Part shown: piece after piece, positions 49,466 to 62,599 of the stretch
Layout: each line of letters opens with the position of its first letter
Position numbering within the stretch: the first letter of the stretch is position 1
Source: Pocillopora damicornis
Taxonomy: Eukaryota
DNA: 64,000 bases
Assembly: GCF_003704095.1 (NCBI RefSeq)
Contig: NW_020846006.1
Coordinates: 124,001-188,000, forward strand
Direction: 5' to 3'
Position numbers and translations under genes: made by a program
Notes under the pieces: model-generated
What the model was told of the DNA's origin: nothing
Databases searched by the model: none
The model's input: the letters and a program-made list of their open reading frames with translations, nothing else

Positions 49466-51697
49466 ATGGACTTGACAACCAGAGATGTCTATTTTCAGGC
49501 CCCGAGAAGAAGTTCGTTTTCCATAAAGAACATTCTTAACCTCCAAGATGAAAGAGCCTTACCTGCGTTCCCGAGAGTATCAAGAGAAGAAATAGAAGAT
49601 TCTAAAGTTTCCCTTTTGAGACCCATGGTGACTCCAATCACTCATGCCCTGAATCCACCGCCATTAATGAGGTATCCTCATGCTGGTCTGGTCTCTCCAC
49701 TGGGTGGCATCAGTTTGAATTGGCCAGTAGATCCCGCTGCACAAGCCAACTATCCTGCGTGGATTTGCAACACAAGTTTTCTGCAAAGTTATGAATATTT
49801 CAATGGTAAGTACAATGTTACTGCTTCGCATTAACTTGAATAATTTTCTCACAAACACGAACTGAATTACAGGCTGTAATGAGTTTCCCTTCCCTGGAAA
49901 TTTGTTGTTATAAACAGAAGCAAGCAAACAAGAAATGAGCCGTGTAAATTTTTGGTTTGATTTTGCGACAGTTCTTTCCGCAGCTTGCATTCTCTACTAA
50001 TGGTTGATAAGTGCAAGGTTAACTTACCAGTTGAGGGATAGGATACCGACACTTCAGTCTTTTACTTCGATGAAAGCAATGTTAAGCAACAATTGTTTTT
50101 AGATGAAAACATCTTGGCCAAAGATTCTTGATTCTTCAAGTGAATCGACAAAAATGAAACAATAGCTACTTGATCAGGAATTATTCTCCAAAGAGTATCA
50201 ACAACTGTCACTCTTTTAGGATAGAAAGACAAATCCTTTGATTTTTTTTCTTTCATACCGCTTACAAAAGCAAATTTATCTTGTCCATGCATTGTGATTT
50301 GAGCGCAAAATTTACCCGTGCGAAGCTGGTTTCCTCTTACGATTGACCTCCGAGTGAGTGGCCATCAGAGCGGTTTGCTCACAGTTTGGCAAGTTCTCAC
50401 GTTTGAATAATTGCATGTCAAAATTCCAAGGTGTTGAAACCGTCGATACTCGAACCCAATCGTGTTGTGGTTGTATTTGAACTTAGGCATAGAGCACACC
50501 TTTGTACAGTGGATCTACGGCACATTATGCTATAGCGTGGTTGCAAATTATGATGAGAGTGTACACTCGCAATATTCTGAGTTGACTAAATCCGGCGCCA
50601 AGCACACAGAAGTATTTGACAACCTTTCCTTCTAAGTTTTGTAATACATCCTGAAAAATAAGTACGTTCCATTCACCGAACTCTTGTAGCATCAGCATTA
50701 GCGCTGAACATTGAAACAGAACTAACTTGTTTACAACAGGCACCTTCTCTACGAGTTTATGTTCAAACAACTAAATAAATCTAGACCATAGCCAAGGCCC
50801 TGTCAAAATACTAAGATTAATCTTTGTGGTGAATGCAATAGGCTTTAAGAAAGTAGTGACGAACAGATTTCTTTAAAATGGGAAAACCTTTGTTTAATAA
50901 ATGTTTCCAATTTCGGAGCCGAGTTAAGAAACTTGATAATTTTATCGCAAATAGAGAACGGAAAAGAAAAGAGATTAACACACGAAGACTGCCAAGGATG
51001 TAACCTCCAATGCAAAATGTAAACATATTTTTAAGAAGTGTCTGAACTATAGTAACAGACTAAATTAAATTTTGGGATTTAATTCGGTTTTCATTGAGCT
51101 CTCAAATAGTCTATGATGTTTCTCCCAACTGAAAAATTAGTGAAGTTGAAAGTCTCGTTACATTTGGTCTAATTAAATATAGATAGTTTTGGGAATTACA
51201 ACATTCAGCCCTCTCTTAAAAGTTCCTTCTTTTGAGTTCTTTCATTTTTCCCCTTGCTACTCACATTAATCAGTTTAAAAAATATATAAATGGAACTTTG
51301 CACTATTTCTTTGGCAGGTTTTCCCCAATATTTAAATCTTCCTAGACGCAGAAGGTTCTCTAGAAAGAAGAAGCAGCGTCCACTATTTTCCCAAAACCAA
51401 GTACAAACGATGGAAAAGGAGTTTGCAAAGCATCGTTACATCACAGAAACCAAGCGTGCAGAGCTCTCTACAGAGCTGGGTCTTACAGAAACACAAGTGA
51501 AAACGTGGTTCCAAAATAGAAGAACAAAATGGAGAAAGGAAATAAAGGATCAAGTGGTCACAACAGTATCTCAAACGAACAAGAACTGTCAGCAAAATTT
51601 GTCGGGAACGAGTTCCTATAATGACGAATTGTCAGCGCCTGCGGCAAGTTCTCGTGCTTTCACAGACTTGTTTCAACGGGATATGTTCATAGTGTAA
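49466..51697 (+). CDS. Divergent ANTP-class NKL-subclass homeobox protein (Tlx/NK6-like features) with eh1 motif
   Basis: Exons 49466-49805 and 51318-51697 (phase 1, GT-AG). eh1 motif SSFSIKNIL; homeodomain KKKQRPLFSQNQVQTMEKEFAKHRYITETKRAELSTELGLTETQVKTWFQNRRTKWRKEI with Q50, N51, T47 and T54. The family cannot be assigned by eye. Confidence 0.92.
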
Positions 51698-54600
51698 TAA
51701 ACCAAGTTGTGTGGTGGCAGACAGGTATTTCACTTGAACTCTATCAAACTGGTGTTAATTGATTTAGCCATGCTAAGCTAAAAGCCCTTCTTGGACCTCG
51801 TGGCTCTAAAGTTAGATGGCTCCTCACTCGAACTGTTATCCAAATTGTTATATCTTGAACTTTCCGGTTCTTTACCAGAACGTAAGGGAAATTCTGTGAT
51901 TTTCAAGCATTGTACTTTGACCTGAAGAGTACAGAGCAAGATCAGCCTGTTCTGGCAAGCATATCAACGAGATATTTGTGAAGCTATACTAAAATGTAAA
52001 ATACCTGCCACAAAGCATTATAGGAAAAGCTAAGTATTGATACAGATCGTCCAAAATTTCAATAATGAACGAAATAAGACTTTTTTTCTTAATTTCCTTT
52101 CCCGAAATGATTTATAAACGAACGCCTGATACGGTTGCGTTAAAAACACTGCAAATATTGGCTTCGATATTACGTATGTACTCATTTGGAAAGACACACA
52201 TATTGGTTAATTCAGTCCTAGAGTGAGCTTCGTACGTTTTTATGCTATATGTTTGTAAATTTAACTCCAGAGGGTTGCAAATAAATAAGGTAATTTAAGT
52301 TTAAGCATTGATGTGGATGCGATGAAATTTTTGGTAACTAAATGCTTCTTGTAAACTCCTTGTTGCGGAAGGCAGTACGGACAACTATCTTCTGAAATAA
52401 TAGGTATAGGCGACTGAAAATGAGATCTTCTTTAAGACTTTATCATTGCCGTATCAACTTGCCGATGTGAGTCATAAAGTAACCAAACAAAGTAATCGTG
52501 GGCTCGGTCAAGCAGCATTGAGCCAAACGAAAAAGGTGCAACCTAAAATGGCGCTCTTCGTGCAGAACAACTGATAGCGCCATCCGTTCTCGGAATTAGG
52601 AGCAAAAAACGGTTGAGTCACCTGGCTTTAATTGAAGTCCTTCTGCGGGAATTGAGCGGAAGGATTATGCGATTAACTGAGCTATTATTTCTCGCGGTCT
52701 AAATTTACAAAAATATCACAGTTGAGCCGATTAGATTAAATACATCACTCTCTTGGAACTGGACTATAATATGCGTTCTATTACAAAACAGGGAGTAACT
52801 GACTATTTCTTACTTGAATCGCAGAATACTACGGCCCACAAGCGTTTATGTTCAAGAGCTTTCATTATATCATGGCATGCTTCAAGGATTATCCTTCGTT
52901 ATTGAATTTGTACCTCTTAGGGCGTCGCTGTTGTTGACAATTACATGTCGCGTATTACACAGCTACGGAAACAAAGTCCTGTGATATGCCGTACTTACAA
53001 ATTACAAATTCATAGACGAAAAGCTATTTCTGCACGCAAAACGACCTTTAAAAATCAAACTTCCCTCAAAAGGCATTCAGTGTCACGGTATTCAACAATA
53101 CTAAAGAAAATTAAGAGAGGGTGGCTCGATAACAAAGGGCGGAGAATTAAAATTGCAATAAGCGTTAGAAGTTGCATATCATGAACTGCATTCTTGGACT
53201 CTAACTCAGCTCTTACATTCCTCGGTTACACTTTTTGAGTCCTCATTTTAAGGTGAATACATAGAACGAGATGCGGAAAACAAAACAGATGACATAAAAA
53301 ACGTCAGCCAAGGGTAATAGATTGGTGAAACTTGTCAGTCTAAGAAATGTTAGAGTACATAAATCGCCTTCTTCTGTCACAAACAGATTCAATTTTATCT
53401 GTGTTTTCGACCATAGGACGTTCGCGGTTCTTAATTTGGGGTTGGTCACCCAGGCGCCATCAGACTTGACATGTGATATTCTCGTTGGCTCCTGATCGGA
53501 AAAGGAAAGAAAAACTGATCTCAAATAGTATTAGTGGTCAAGAGTGGTCGTGATTCCTGAACCCGTAATTATTAAGTGATGAAAGAAAACAGCTGTAACA
53601 GATGTTACTCGCTAATATTTCCAATGTGCCCAACCTTAACAAGAGACGCGGAAGAAGTAATCACGAAATTGATCTGATTACAGGATTTTAAGGTACACTA
53701 AACCTTACACAGCGACAATTATTCAAGTCGGTGAGCTTGCAGTACTCCTTGAAGTATTGCATGGTCTCGATACTGATTCTCAATTAGCTAAAAAATCATT
53801 TTAATTTCCACAAAAACACGAAACAATATTGTAAAAGTTGTGACTTTATTAGTCATTGGTAAGTACTTTTTTTCGAGTCTTTTTCTGCGGTTTCATCGTC
53901 TTCATTCTCATTTCTTTCTCCTCTTTCTTCATATCTTCCCATCTTCCCATCGCAGGCAACAAGTTGCCTCATTAGCAAATGTTAGTCCCAGTTTGATTAA
54001 ATAACTTTTTCTGTACATCCCAAGTAGTTTTGTGATTCTATCAACCCCTGTCTACCAAACGATGTTCGTATCATCATCATCATCATTATCATATATCATC
54101 TATGTTATCAGTACAAAGATCACCGTACAGATGATATTCACCGATAGCTGTCGGCTTAGACTTTCTCTTCAACTTTTCGAGCCAATAATCCTTTTGTTTC
54201 ACCTGTAGCGTCATCGCACTGACCCCGCCCATTTTGATCATAATTTTGCTACCGTTCTTCGCACTCAACTGCAAAATTATTGAAATCAAAGAAACCTGTT
54301 GTAACTGACCGAGGAGTTTGAGTGAAAATCAAATTTGAGCGAAGATTACTAATAACATAAGGGATTACCCCACGGTCCTGACCTAACCATTGATCATTCT
54401 GACATCCGGAACATTTCACGCTGTGTAATGTTGAGTCTTAAAGCTACCCTACCTGTCCTCGGCATGGAACACTTTTAAGAGCAAACAGCAATAAACATAA
54501 TTAGATAATGTAACCAAGGCAACTAAATGTCATCATCATTAGCGAAATGTCCTATGACATGCTTTTAATAGACTACATCATTATCTTGACTGCATTATTT

Positions 54601-55679
54601 TCTTAATTACTCTCTCAATGCTGATGCATTGTTACTTTACAAGAACTGATAATTGCAATATTTATCAGCACAAAAGCAATTAGACCTCGGAAATGCTGGA
54701 ACTCAGATAATTTTATTATAATTTACGAGTGAAAACTTTTTCAATTTACGGGGATTATGGTATCGTGTCTAGCTGAGCATAAAGAGATTTGCCGTGATAA
54801 GAGCCAGACTGATCGTTAAACATAAAACGCTGACTAAATAAAATGCAGACTAAGAATTTCCAAAAATCAAAGCATATATGAAAGCTATTTCACACCGTAC
54901 CGACAGCGCGACCTCAGACACTTTGGCGGATCGCCTAGGATTGATAAGGAGTTAGCTGTCAATAACTGATAATTATCAAGAAGGGTTAAAAGTATCCTGT
55001 TTCATAATTAATGGAGTTTTTCTGGCGTGCATATTTACACATAGTTACATCTTGTGAACATTAATGCATGGTTATCTCTCGCTATTGGGTGCGCGACATG
55101 CAGATAGCGTTTTTCGTTTCTGCGAGGTAAACGACCTACCGCGCACTACCAAGGGCACTGCTGGTTCAAAAATGCCTTTGATTCCTTCGCACTCTGTTTT
55201 AGCAGTTTCCCGTTGTTTGGTTTCTTTTGTCTTGTTAAACTACCGTTTACCTGCAAAATACAGGACAATACATCAAAACTAATAACCTCTGGAAAAAAAA
55301 TTACGTTTCATCCATAGTCTCTTTTATTAAAACCGCTCTCTTAATGGGAACAAAATCACATTTAAGTGCATTTGGATTAGGGTCAGGTGCACCAATCGGA
55401 TGATCCTGTACAACTTTTTACACGAACCGGTATTAGAGGTTCGATTAAAGACTTAAAACGGTAAAAGAGCCAAAATATTACTCGAAGTAATCTTGAAATA
55501 TCAAATTATTAGATTTTTAACCGCCAACCGTTGTATAGCCAACCAATTTTAGCTGAGCTGTGTATCACTCACTGAACAACAAAGAAGTTCTTGACGGGGG
55601 GCAGTAAAATTTTCTTCGAGTAGTCTTCTTATTTATTAGTACATGTTAGCGTCACATAACGACTTTCCTATCTAAGCGG

Positions 55680-56260
55680 TACACAGGAAGTTTGTCAGCT
55701 AATCGGTTTAACTTGCCACAAATCTACTCTAACTCAGAAGTTGAACGTCCATAGCGCTAATTAGAAGTTCATAGGTTGGAGTCCTGTTGGGCGCCCTACG
55801 TTCGACAACTATGCGGAGCACTCGGATATTCCTATCTTTCCATGAGTATACCTATGTCATTTACTGAAGAACATCTTCCTTCTCTTGAATCATCAGGTTA
55901 AAACATATCGTCATTCTTATCCTCGCAGTATGCAGCAAGTTTGTCACCATGAACATAGTTAAACGGCCTAATCACATCAGTGGTAGCACGTCCAAAGTAC
56001 TAATCAGGTGGTCGTAAGTTCGAGTATTGATGGGCACACTCACACATCTTCCACACACACACTCACACATCTTCCTTTACTGTAGCTTAAAATTTACCAC
56101 TTTCATTCAAATCATCACTGCCTATATATCGACATTGCTATCCTGGCTATGTGCAGAAATTTTGTCACAATAGACCTGGTTCAACGGCCTAGCTTGATGA
56201 TAGTCTTTTATAGCCTAGTGGTAGGGCGTCCGAAGTGTGCAGGAAGTTTGTCGCTATAGA
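55680..56260 (+). mobile_element. Tandem array of ~3 diverged tRNA-derived SINE-like units
   Basis: Anchor cag(g/c)aa(g/a)tttgtc at 55684, 55933, 56154 and 56240. The first three are followed by A-box-like (aactcagaagttg / cagtggtagca / tagcctagtggtagggcg) and, in two cases, B-box-like (ggttggagtcc / agttcgagta) segments. Confidence 0.6.
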
Positions 56261-56359
56261 CGAACAAAGATAACCTGCGATGCGTTAAGGACATTTGAAC
56301 ACAAACTACAGACATCGACTCCGGGAAATACACATGGAATGAATTTTGTTTGAGATATT

Positions 56360-56558
56360 ATTAGTTTTATTTGAGAGGTTCTGCTGTAAGTGACCGTTCA
56401 ATATAGGTGGAGGACAACACAAACAGGCCGTTGGGACTCAGTCAAGGGTGACCACCACCGCTTGATAGAGGGAAATTTACTGTAATCAAAGGGAAAAAAT
56501 TTTGGGACTTTGACAACCGACCGCTTAATATGGTGTTGCTTAATACAGGTTCGACTGT
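56360..56558 (-). mobile_element. Tc1/pogo-type MITE fragment (end CAGTCGAACC)
   Basis: Ends with ggttcgactgt. It is the reverse-complement homolog of 57861-58060. Confidence 0.6.
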
Positions 56559-57860
56559 TGTTGATTTTTGCCAGAATAATATCTTACTCCTCAATCGACT
56601 GACAATATTTTACTGACAATCGACTGACAATCGAACAAGATGTTGACCGCCAGATCGAACCGACACTACCTATATGACGCATGATTCGTTCTTGATAGCG
56701 TCCGAGTTATTTCTTCTCTGAGTTTCACCAGAGATTGTCGATTCGTTTTATTTCGTATTATACTTGTCTTCATTTGTTTTCAGTTGAATCACACCCACAC
56801 AGGTATCCATTATTCGTTGGGTTAAATATCGTGGCGTAGAATCTTTGCAACCTTCAGAATTGATAGATCACGAGGATTTAGCATTAATGGATCAAGGAAG
56901 GAAAAAATTATTATTAACTTTGGAATAAATTACCTAACCAAGTGGAAAGCAGTGCAAAATTGCTGTACTTGGGTGTGTTGTGACTACTAAACTGAACGAA
57001 AATCTTTGGGAAAACTAGGCTCGGAACACTCGCTTCACTAAGGGAGCGCAGAAATCCGTCATTAGTTTCTGGATACTGCAACAGGACCTCGGACTAACCG
57101 AGAGAAATCCACAGGACTTGCTTCAAGTCGTCTTTCACACTTCACGATAACTCGCAACTGTACGACTTTACATAAATCTTGAATGCAAACCTTGAAAATA
57201 AATCTTAATTGAAAGTGAATATTGAGTGGGCATCTTAAATGTAAATTGACCTTTCCGTTTTAAAGCTAACATTTCATATAGTGTGACGACAAACGCTGGT
57301 TTCATGTCGTGGTGACAAGTTTTGGCTAGAACGGTAGATTTTTACTCTGTTGGCGCAATTAATTGTAATCCGGTTTACTGACCGAACAGGGAGGGGGAAC
57401 TAAACTCGGCACCTCGCTTGGCTGACGAGTGGGCAGAAATCCGTATCAAAATTTGATGTAAATGATTTTGATTGAAAGCTTTTCGTACTCCGTAACTACT
57501 GCATAAATCTGAATGAAACCCATTTGTTTTTTGATTAATAGACCTAACAAGGAGCAACAATAGTTGATTCTCAAAAGTGTACTCCTTGGCGTACTTCCTC
57601 CAGCCAGACGTACATGTAGGGCTGAAGGATGAATAAATAATTCGCTGATAACTTGCATGAGTGTTCAGAGAGACTTATCTTATCCGCATCAAAGGAATAA
57701 AGACAAAAAGTTTTTTTTTCCCGATATGTTCTACTCCCACATTCAGCCTCCTCCTCCTACAAAAACAAAAACTGCTGGTACTCCCTCACACGCAGTCGGG
57801 CAGTTTCAAGGAGACCTCGGACACTGGTTTTAATTTAGCTTAAACTCAGCTAAGTTGAAA

Positions 57861-58060
57861 TACAGTCGAACTTGTCTTAAGACGTCACCTCCATCAAGCG
57901 GTCGGTCACTAACTGTGATTTAAACTTCTATTAAGCGGTCACTTCTATGAGCGGTTGCGGTCACCCTTTACTGAGTAGCACCGGCCTTTTTGTAGTGTCC
58001 TCCTCCTGTATTGAACGCTCACTTAGAGCGGAACCACTCAAATAAAAAGACTAGGAGTAA
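57861..58060 (+). mobile_element. Tc1/pogo-type MITE fragment (TA-CAGTCGAAC end)
   Basis: Starts tacagtcgaac with repeated aagcggtc subterminal motifs. Homologous to 56360-56558 in the opposite orientation. Confidence 0.6.
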
Positions 58061-61000
58061 TCTTTCAAGTAAAACGTAATCTATTTTTATCTCCCAAGTA
58101 GTATTTTTGACCGAGTTTTTGGTCCTTTGATATATATATGTAAATAGCCCCGGTGTTTCAAAGAACGGATAAATTTATCCACTGGATAGAGATTTATATA
58201 TATCTGAAGTATAACAAGAAAGCAATATGTAGAAGAGCTATTTGACCAAGACTTTATGCCGATCCGCACAAAGCTAACATGATTCACACATTACACCTCC
58301 CTTGTTGATCACATTCACTCGAATACGCCTGGAAAGTTCAAATAATAAGGTGCTCTCCACACTTGTTAATACATTGATTACCCAATTCAAAATAAACTTG
58401 CTGCAAACTCTGGCAAAAATATATTCCTTTAAGATTTATCAAGCTTTAATTTCAAAATCTCTGTAACTCTCTCTTGCCTCATAAGTTATTACAAAAAAAT
58501 ATTGAAAAGCAAATTAGAGTATTGGCTGCTTGGAACAACCAAAGGGGATAGCGGAGCCAGGCAGCGGAGCCAGGCAGCCAGTTGACATCAGAATTGAATG
58601 AAAATGAACTGAAGGTCAGTAAGATAGCACAAATGTATACATAAAAAGAAAGGACGAGTAGAGGAAAAACGTTACAACTACGCTATAAGGCCGGGCAGTG
58701 AAATAGTTCATTTTATAAGTGAGTATCAAATGTACAATAAGAAAAGGACAAAGTAGTAGCTAAGACATCTCATATTTAAGCAATTAACCACACGTTCTAT
58801 CGGTTTACTGACTGATAAACCACGCGGGATGTTGGGAGAACACGAAAAAGTTTGTAAACCACGAGGTGCGGCGGTTTACAAAATTTGGTATTGTTAGAAA
58901 TAAATTTCCTAACACTCGTTGTCTTGTTGTCTCGTTCTTTATTCTCTGTTACTTCACAAGTTATTACAACGGGGATTAGCTCTGATTTCTCTAGGAAAGT
59001 GTGGGCCACCGCTTATAAAGGTGGCACCTACTGAGATGTCAATCTCTAACCTTCGTCATACTTTTACACTTAACAAGCGAATCACGCTAAACTACGCAGA
59101 GCGGAGTTCGCACACTAAATAGATACCTTCGCGATGTTCACGCTTTACAAATTGACTTTTTATCTTAAATTTCAGTCCAGTTCGGGCAAAACAAAAACAA
59201 GATTGACAATATAAAAATTACGATAAACTTACTGACAGAATTAAAATCGTACTTGAAAAGACATCTTATAAGAAAATAGTCCTTGAAGGCTGTTGCATAA
59301 CAGCAGAATAGACACAAAATTCGGAGAAGAAAGGGCGTAACCAAGGTACCGGCCCTAAAAGAGCTACGTGCTAGCGCATAAGTTATCTAATTACAAATTC
59401 AGTGCGGAAGATGAAAAGTACTACATGTTTAAACTTTAAGTCACCTCTAAGTAGGAGGTGTCGAGCGTGCTAAATTATACCTGTAAGATAAGACCGCCAA
59501 AAGGAATAAGAAATGATCAACTGGCTTATTATAATGTTTACTGAGTAGCTTATGCTAATACATTATATCCATTTATTTCCACGTTCAAATAAGTCAAAAA
59601 TCACCCATAATGAAAATTCTCGCTAAATGCCAAATTTGTCTTTTATCAGTATACAAGATGGTTTCACAAAATTTTTGACCGAGTTTTTGTTATTGTAGAG
59701 TGTAATGAAACTGGGTCTGTGCGGATATTAGAAGCTAATTTGGTTTTACTCATCGTAAACAAATGAAGCTCATGCTTCTAGTGTAAGTCATGTTTGCTCT
59801 GCTCGTAAACCGTAGGTAATGTTAGTATTTAAGCTTATAAAGTAACTAAAATTATCATTTTAATTAGTATGTAGAATGTGAATTTAAAAAGATACAAAAT
59901 AAAAATGAATAAGGGATGAACTCACTTTCAGAATATTTGCAGAAGACACGAATGTTTTTGGTTTAGCACGTGTTCACAGGAGCTTCTAAGGACTGATTAA
60001 CACTGATCTGATAAAGATCAAACTTTGATGAGATGCTGTCGATTAACGTATTAACAAATCGCCCTGAAGTGATTGTGTTTTCTTCGATTTTGAACTACAT
60101 TTTTTAAGCTGAGACAACAACTAGCCAAATAGAGCATTGCAGAAAAAAAACTATTTTAGTAGACCCTTGTAAAAAAAGGGATCGATAACCAAGGCCTTAT
60201 CCATCGTCTCTATAGAGACTAAAGAGGACCTGGAAGAATTTAACGTAAGAGTTGCCATCATGTTCTGCAGGGTGTACACTGGTCTTTATTTAGAATGCTA
60301 TTTTCTATGCAAAGACAAATTAACCTCTAATTAGGTTTGTTTCCTGCTAAGATTTATCATTCAAGTTATAGACTGAGGGGCTAGCTTGAGAAATGTTAAG
60401 AGATGTATCTAAGACCTACGTCCCAGACAAAGACAAACCATCAAAATACCCGCTATGAATATCGCGTTGAGTCCAGAGATTGTCCGTATTAAAACATTTT
60501 GGTGAACTATTCAAAAAATGTCGTGAACATCGCAAATGGTTTTCGGCGCTACATTCCAACGCACTTAGTCTGTTAGAAATACATTTTTATTACATGATAT
60601 TTTACTTATAGAATTCAAGGACATCTGAAATCATCTTAGTCTTTTCTGAGGCAAAAATCAATTAATTTGTCTATATTTAGTAAGCGCCTTTTCATTACAT
60701 GTGTTAGTTCCATAAAAAAAGCATGAATTTGATTCTTTGCTCAATACAGTTGTTGCTTCAAGAACTAATTAGGTAATCAACTTAGAGCTGTAAGTACCTG
60801 AAGGTACTTTCCCTTCTTGCAATACGTACAATGAATCTATGCGTACAATGTACCTACCCTGGATGGGTTTAGCTATCAACTAAGCAACAACAGCTTATTA
60901 AGTAAGGAAGTATCTGTAAAGGAAAGCTTAGGTGAAACCTTATCACTTTTATCACAGGCAAATGATCTTGAAGACAGTCATCAGTTAGTTTAAGACGATG

Positions 61001-62039
61001 TATCAGTATGAAAGTGAAGAATACTTCACCGATCTTCACGTTCTGATACGAGGAGACTCCGCCTCTAAAAGAGCATAAACCGAATAAATTATCACGATTT
61101 TAAAATTTTGTTTAAAGTGCACCCCAGAACCTATTTTAGTAAAAACAACAACAACGACGACTCCTTGAGTGAATATCTCGCCCATCTAGAATGCTACATG
61201 TGACCACTTTTGAGACACCCCTAAAACAGTGAGTAAGTCAATTCTAAAAAACTAAAGCACACAGATTATCTTTGGCCGTCTTTTTGCAGCAAAAAAAGAA
61301 ACGACGATAAGAGAAAATTTAAGGAAAATTACAAAAAAAGCTTTTTCTGGTTATGAATAGCAAGATTCTTTGAGGGCTTAAGCTATTTCATGAATTTCCA
61401 CTGTTGGAAACAAGTGTATGAATTCTGAAGCAGACTGCCCTCATGTAGAGGGAACCTCTTTTAAGAAAAAATAATAAGACAGATAATGAACGGCCGTCGG
61501 AAGTGTCTATTTACGGGACCTATTTTGGTTAAACAGATTAGCCTCAGGGCGTTTCATATGAGCTTGAGAAATAATGTTTGTCAAGCCCTCGCCCTCCGGA
61601 AAGATTCATTTATCTAGAAGTGAGATCCACTGCTCTATCCAGTAGTTGTTTTGAAGAAACTGTTTCTCTTATAGACGTAAATAAAAACCCATTGATATTT
61701 ACATGAACTTCTTTGCCTTCCCTATATATGCAAGTGCATCAGATACAAAAGTATATGACACTTACATGCGTACGTAAACAAATAGGAAAACATTATGTAG
61801 GTATAAAGTATAAGATATTCATAAGTTCGCTCTGAAACTTTCAGTAAATCGTTTCTTTCCTTGTAAACCTTGATTTCTTTCCGAACTTACTTGCGCCAAT
61901 TTCTTCTTCATAAGGCCTTTTTCTGATTACACTATCGATACTATTCTTTGATCATAGATATGTTCCGCTAAGTATGATAGTCTATGTCAATATCTCTTTG
62001 TCGTAAAAGATGTTATAGCTCATCATGGCGGTAAGTAAT

Positions 62040-62566
62040 AATAAACCGTTTGATGGTTTGTCTCACGATGAACCACTTAAAGGAGATCGTGACATTTCAA
62101 CTGCTTACTGCTAGTCTTCATCAGGCGATGGAATCGACTGCTTAAAGGTTACTATTTCTATCACGGCGATCTGATGCGATTGGCGGATTTCGATCCCCAT
62201 TATTCCGGTGAGTACTGGTTTCCCGGTGTGTTTCTTCATCGTTGGTATCTACGCTTAACGAATTTCGATTCTGTTATCCCTGTGGATGTTATCAGGGTGA
62301 AGTCTTATGTGGATAGCTTCCTTGACTCTTCTAGTGCACCAGTGAGTCTCGATCAATAAACTTTACTTCGTTCCAAAGCGGGCGGTGGCCGTTCTGGTTG
62401 GCGTGCTCAGAAACGGCGGAGGTCTGGGTACGGGCTAAACGTATATCCCTCTCGTGTTCTTTCATCCTCTCTTCCATAGGTCTTCCCGTTTCACCAATGT
62501 AGATTTTGCCGCATTCACAGGGAATCCTTTAAACCACGCTGTCCTGTCTACCTGGATTGACACCTC
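62040..62566 (-). mobile_element. Penelope-like retroelement 3' fragment (GIY-YIG endonuclease + pLTR)
   Basis: Minus strand: DSVV*RIPCECGKIYIGETGRPMEERMKEHERDIRLARTQTSAVSEHANQNGHRPLWNEVKFIDRD/WCTRRVKEAIHIRLHPDNIHRDNRIEI, followed by a hammerhead motif. Confidence 0.9.
62086..62129 (-). ncRNA. Minimal hammerhead ribozyme motif (partly decayed)
   Basis: ATCGC-CTGATGA-A-GACT-agcagtaagc-AGTT-GAAA-T-GTC-ACGAT has intact core boxes and stems I and II with transition-type mismatches. Confidence 0.6.
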
Positions 62567-62599
62567 AATCAATTCTTGAGGAATCTTTTTGGTATTTAA

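Noticed and set aside
49664-50052. Antisense ORFs overlapping homeobox exon 1 and intron
   Set aside because: Short, with no recognisable domain; expected by chance.
23416-51697. SEM1 next to a homeobox gene as a relic of vertebrate SEM1-DLX5/6 linkage
   Set aside because: The homeodomain lacks Dlx signatures (RKPRTIYS, KIWFQNRRSK) and a formin intervenes; no support without synteny analysis.
56360-58060. Inverted pair as the TIRs of one 1.7-kb transposon
   Set aside because: The terminal CAGTCGAAC ends face each other across the intervening DNA, so that DNA lies outside both; these are two separate fragments.
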